Below are positions 50,227-52,734 of a DNA stretch of 52,734 nt, piece after piece (positions within the stretch are counted from its first letter, which is position 1; each line of letters starts with the position of its first letter). Under the pieces are notes generated by a model. It saw only the letters and a program-made list of their open reading frames with translations, did not search any database and was not told the origin of the DNA. This DNA comes from a virus. The stretch lies in IMG/VR virus record IMGVR_UViG_3300030399_000018. One strand, given 5' to 3'. The position numbers were made by a program, and so were the translations under genes.

Positions 50227-51656
50227 TGGCCACGAACCCATATTTCACACAATATCACACCCAGAGATTTTCCTTTATTGGGTCTCCTCAGCAGCGCGAC
50301 GGTACATTTCTAAAGGATCAGCGATTCCTTAATATGTACCCAGAGTTGATTAAGAGTCCCATCAGTGATGGTAAAAAATACTACCTGAAGAAACGTCCTG
50401 GTCTGGTGGAGTTTCAGACACTCCCCGCAGGGACTGCTCAGGGGATTTTCTTCTGGAATAATAACTACTACACGGCAGTTGGTGGCATTCTATATGAGGG
50501 AACGACTCCTCTAATCACTTTGTCACAATCAACCAGCCCAATAGGATTTGCCGAATACAGAACTGATGCCCAAGATTCGTTGTTTATCTGTGATGGTATA
50601 TCAGCGTGGAACTTTAATTTGGGAGTGGCTACTGAGATAACCGACCCAAACTTTCCAAATCCCCACATACCTAATCCAATATTTTTGGACGGTTATATTT
50701 TTCTAGCATCAACTGCTACCCAGACGATTCACAACAGCAACTTGGAAGATCCAACTACATGGCCATCCGATGGTTTCATTGATGCGGAAATGTATCCAGA
50801 TAGCATTGTGGCTTTGACTAAGAACCTGAACTATCTAGTAGCTGTTGGTACTGCTTCGATTGAATTTTTGTATGACAATGCCAATGCCACAGGTTCCCCG
50901 CTACAGCGTAATGCTCCGGCGGTGTCCCAGTTTGGGTGTCCGGCTCCATTTACAGTCAACCAGACAGAGACCGAAGTTATCTTAGTGGGATCTACTGGTA
51001 ATGGTGGTAATACCGTATGGACCATTACAGGATTCCAACCAGCAGAAATAGCTAATGAACCCGTCCGAGAAGCCCTGGACACAGAAGGAACCTCAATTTC
51101 ACAAGCGTGGGGAAACACGGTGCAATGTGCTGGCCACAAATGGTACATTCTAAATTTAGTGGGGAATCAGCGCACCTTTGTTTATGATTTCGAGGAAAAG
51201 ATGTGGCATGAGTGGTCTTCCGGTTCTGGGCAACAAGCCTTTTCCTGGAGATTCACTGCCGATGCTGTGGGAGCCCCCGTTTTACTTTCTCCCGATTCTG
51301 GTATTGCAGTTTCTCTTACTCCAAGTGCTTATGTAGATATCACCACCCCAATCAACGCCACAGTCATTACTTCAAAGATTGACTTTGATACAATTCTACG
51401 GAAGAGATTCTATAGGTTGTCTCTTGTAACTGATGCACCAAATGGAGACACGAGTGTTCCCATGACGGTGTACTGGTCAGATGATGATTATAATACGTGG
51501 TCCTCCGGAACTACGCTACAAGTCGATGGGAATTATCCCACTATAACACAACTTGGATATAGCCGCCGAAGGGCGTTTAAATTTGTCTATCAGCAGCCTT
51601 TCCCTCTTCGGATGGAATCGTTTGAGTTAGATATCATTCAGGAAGTCAGGAGATAA
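50226..51656 (+). CDS. Putative tail hub / packaged-DNA stabilisation protein (P22 gp10-like)
   Basis: 476 aa, compared with 472 aa for P22 gp10. The N-terminus (FLKDQRFLNMYPELIKSP..GKKYYLKKRPGL) resembles P22 gp10 (FKNADYIDYLPVNMLATP....GYLRSFPGI). The match is recalled, not computed. Confidence 0.5.
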   Translation: MATNPYFTQYHTQRFSFIGSPQQRDGTFLKDQRFLNMYPELIKSPISDGKKYYLKKRPGLVEFQTLPAGTAQGIFFWNNNYYTAVGGILYEGTTPLITLSQSTSPIGFAEYRTDAQDSLFICDGISAWNFNLGVATEITDPNFPNPHIPNPIFLDGYIFLASTATQTIHNSNLEDPTTWPSDGFIDAEMYPDSIVALTKNLNYLVAVGTASIEFLYDNANATGSPLQRNAPAVSQFGCPAPFTVNQTETEVILVGSTGNGGNTVWTITGFQPAEIANEPVREALDTEGTSISQAWGNTVQCAGHKWYILNLVGNQRTFVYDFEEKMWHEWSSGSGQQAFSWRFTADAVGAPVLLSPDSGIAVSLTPSAYVDITTPINATVITSKIDFDTILRKRFYRLSLVTDAPNGDTSVPMTVYWSDDDYNTWSSGTTLQVDGNYPTITQLGYSRRRAFKFVYQQPFPLRMESFELDIIQEVRR

Positions 51657-51660
51657 TTTT

Positions 51661-52149
51661 ATGGCAGTAGGAATTCCGCCGCCGCCACTCAATTCACCAG
51701 ATGGTAGCTATTACTGGCTTGAGTGGTACTCCAGTCTGACTAACTTCATCAATGGTCAAAACATTCCTTGGAGCAACCTGAACTTTGCCGGGTCGAATAT
51801 CACGGATATCATAACCCGAGACCACAACGATCTTCAGGACATCCAAGGGGGCAATACTAATTTTAGGTATCATTTAGTTGGCATTGGTTCCTGTAGTGCT
51901 GACGCGAGTGCTCAGTCTTTGCCAAACACTTGGTCATTGACCCACACAGCGGCCAGCGGAATCTACACAATTGTTCACAATCAAGACATTCCTGTGACTA
52001 GTTCTATAATTGTGGCGACTTCAACTGGGTCGGCCGTAACGTGGTGTACTGGAACGACAGTAGACACTAATTCCTTTAGTATCCACACATATTCCAACAC
52101 AGGTGTTCCAACAGATCAGGCATTTTCTTTTATGTTTGGCACTGTATGA
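51661..52149 (+). CDS. Small tail-fibre-like virion protein
   Basis: DHNDLQDIQGGNTNFRYHL resembles the H..L.GL.GGD..HL motif common in phage fibre N-terminal regions. Confidence 0.5.
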   Translation: MAVGIPPPPLNSPDGSYYWLEWYSSLTNFINGQNIPWSNLNFAGSNITDIITRDHNDLQDIQGGNTNFRYHLVGIGSCSADASAQSLPNTWSLTHTAASGIYTIVHNQDIPVTSSIIVATSTGSAVTWCTGTTVDTNSFSIHTYSNTGVPTDQAFSFMFGTV

Positions 52150-52607
52150 AAATACAAATTATTAAGTATGACCATAAGTACAAGGATCAGATGGTTGAGA
52201 TTGCTCATCAAATCCACCAAGCATCTCTGTATTCGGAAATTGAGATGGAGGAAGATAAACTACTGGCCCAATTAGAATATGCCAGTAACACTCACCCATC
52301 AGGATATTTTAGATTGGCTGTGCTCGGGGATAAACTTTATGGGGCCTTCCTTGGTATGATAAGTCCAGGATTCTTCTGTGATGCCTTGATCGCCAAGGAC
52401 ATGGGTTGGTGGGTAAAGCCCGAGCATCGGGGATCCCCAGCAGCCATCTGTCTCCTTCGAGACTTTGAGAAGTGGGCAAAAGAGAAAGGGGCTAGTAAGG
52501 TGATGATTGGCCAAACTGGTGTAGAGAACATTGAAAAGACCACGAAGTTGTTTACGCACTGCGGATACAAAGTAGTTGGGTACAACACTGCCAAGGATAT
52601 TATCTGA
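52146..52607 (+). CDS. GNAT-family N-acetyltransferase, paralog 1
   Basis: GWWVKPEHRGSPAAICLLRDFEKWAKEKGASKVMI fits GNAT motif A (R-x-x-G-x-A/G plus the following helix). Confidence 0.7.
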   Translation: MKIQIIKYDHKYKDQMVEIAHQIHQASLYSEIEMEEDKLLAQLEYASNTHPSGYFRLAVLGDKLYGAFLGMISPGFFCDALIAKDMGWWVKPEHRGSPAAICLLRDFEKWAKEKGASKVMIGQTGVENIEKTTKLFTHCGYKVVGYNTAKDII

Positions 52608-52734
52608 TGATTTTATTTCGAGAGGAATCTTTTACAGAAGCATTGCTAGAAGAGGTTGCATCTTTGACTGAAGATCATTGGGATGAGGTGGCTAACTTTA
52701 AAGACACGATTAAGCTGGCAGTAGACAATGAGAA
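52607..52734 (+). CDS. 5' end of GNAT paralog 2 (the same gene as 1-458, duplicated by the terminal overlap)
   Basis: The ATG at 52607 overlaps the TGA of the upstream GNAT gene. The sequence after it is identical to bases 1-127. Confidence 0.6.
   Translation, partial: MILFREESFTEALLEEVASLTEDHWDEVANFKDTIKLAVDNE
52608..52734. repeat. Right copy of the 127-bp terminal direct repeat
   Basis: Identical to 1-127. Confidence 0.95.

Noticed and set aside
1-52734. tRNA genes, CRISPR arrays, integrase/att sites and a diversity-generating retroelement near the fibre genes
   Set aside because: I saw no cloverleaf-compatible T-arm (GTTCGAATC-like) in the intergenic regions. There are no regularly spaced repeats, no tyrosine or serine recombinase motifs, no reverse transcriptase, and no template/variable repeat pair for the fibre C-terminus.

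Overview
The window is a complete, circularly closed tailed-phage genome. Bases 1-127 are identical to 52608-52734, so the unit length is 52,607 bp. The 127-bp overlap looks like an assembler k-mer overlap rather than a biological repeat. I found no integrase, tRNA, CRISPR array, reverse transcriptase or phage RNA polymerase.

The genes form two arms that diverge from a ~0.9-kb non-coding control region (35.7-36.7 kb) carrying near-consensus sigma70-type promoters.

(1) The rightward late arm (36.5 kb, through the junction, to 8.1 kb) encodes TerS, an HNH nuclease, TerL, a portal with a Q-rich C-terminal extension, a GroES-like protein, scaffold, decoration-like protein and major capsid. It continues with a tail fiber carrying LASPTFTG repeats, an XhlA-like protein, a 3-TM holin, a beta-helix tailspike, an adaptor, a P22 gp10-like hub, two tandem GNATs, low-complexity ejection proteins, a 1586-aa SLT-domain internal protein and a GH24 lysozyme.

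(2) The leftward early/middle arm (36.4 kb down to 8.2 kb) starts with small early genes. It then has a GC-richer island bounded by terminators and a ~10-kb block of unknown and amide-bond enzymes. After that comes a T7/SIO1-style replication module: primase, DnaB-like helicase, a split family-A DNA polymerase, SSB, FEN exonuclease and endonuclease I. It ends with nucleotide hydrolases and an endonuclease VII.

The arms converge on a bidirectional terminator at 8137-8167.

The best candidate for an uncharacterised system is the translationally coupled operon at about 21.2-28.3 kb, with related unknowns out to ~31 kb. It combines an ATP-grasp ligase, an Ntn class-II glutamine amidotransferase with a long extra domain, two GCS-type amidoligases and a class-I GATase/C26 peptidase. 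It also has a GcvH-like protein whose lipoyl-lysine position is Asp, and three paralogous unknown proteins.

All homology calls come from motif recognition by eye. No database search was run.
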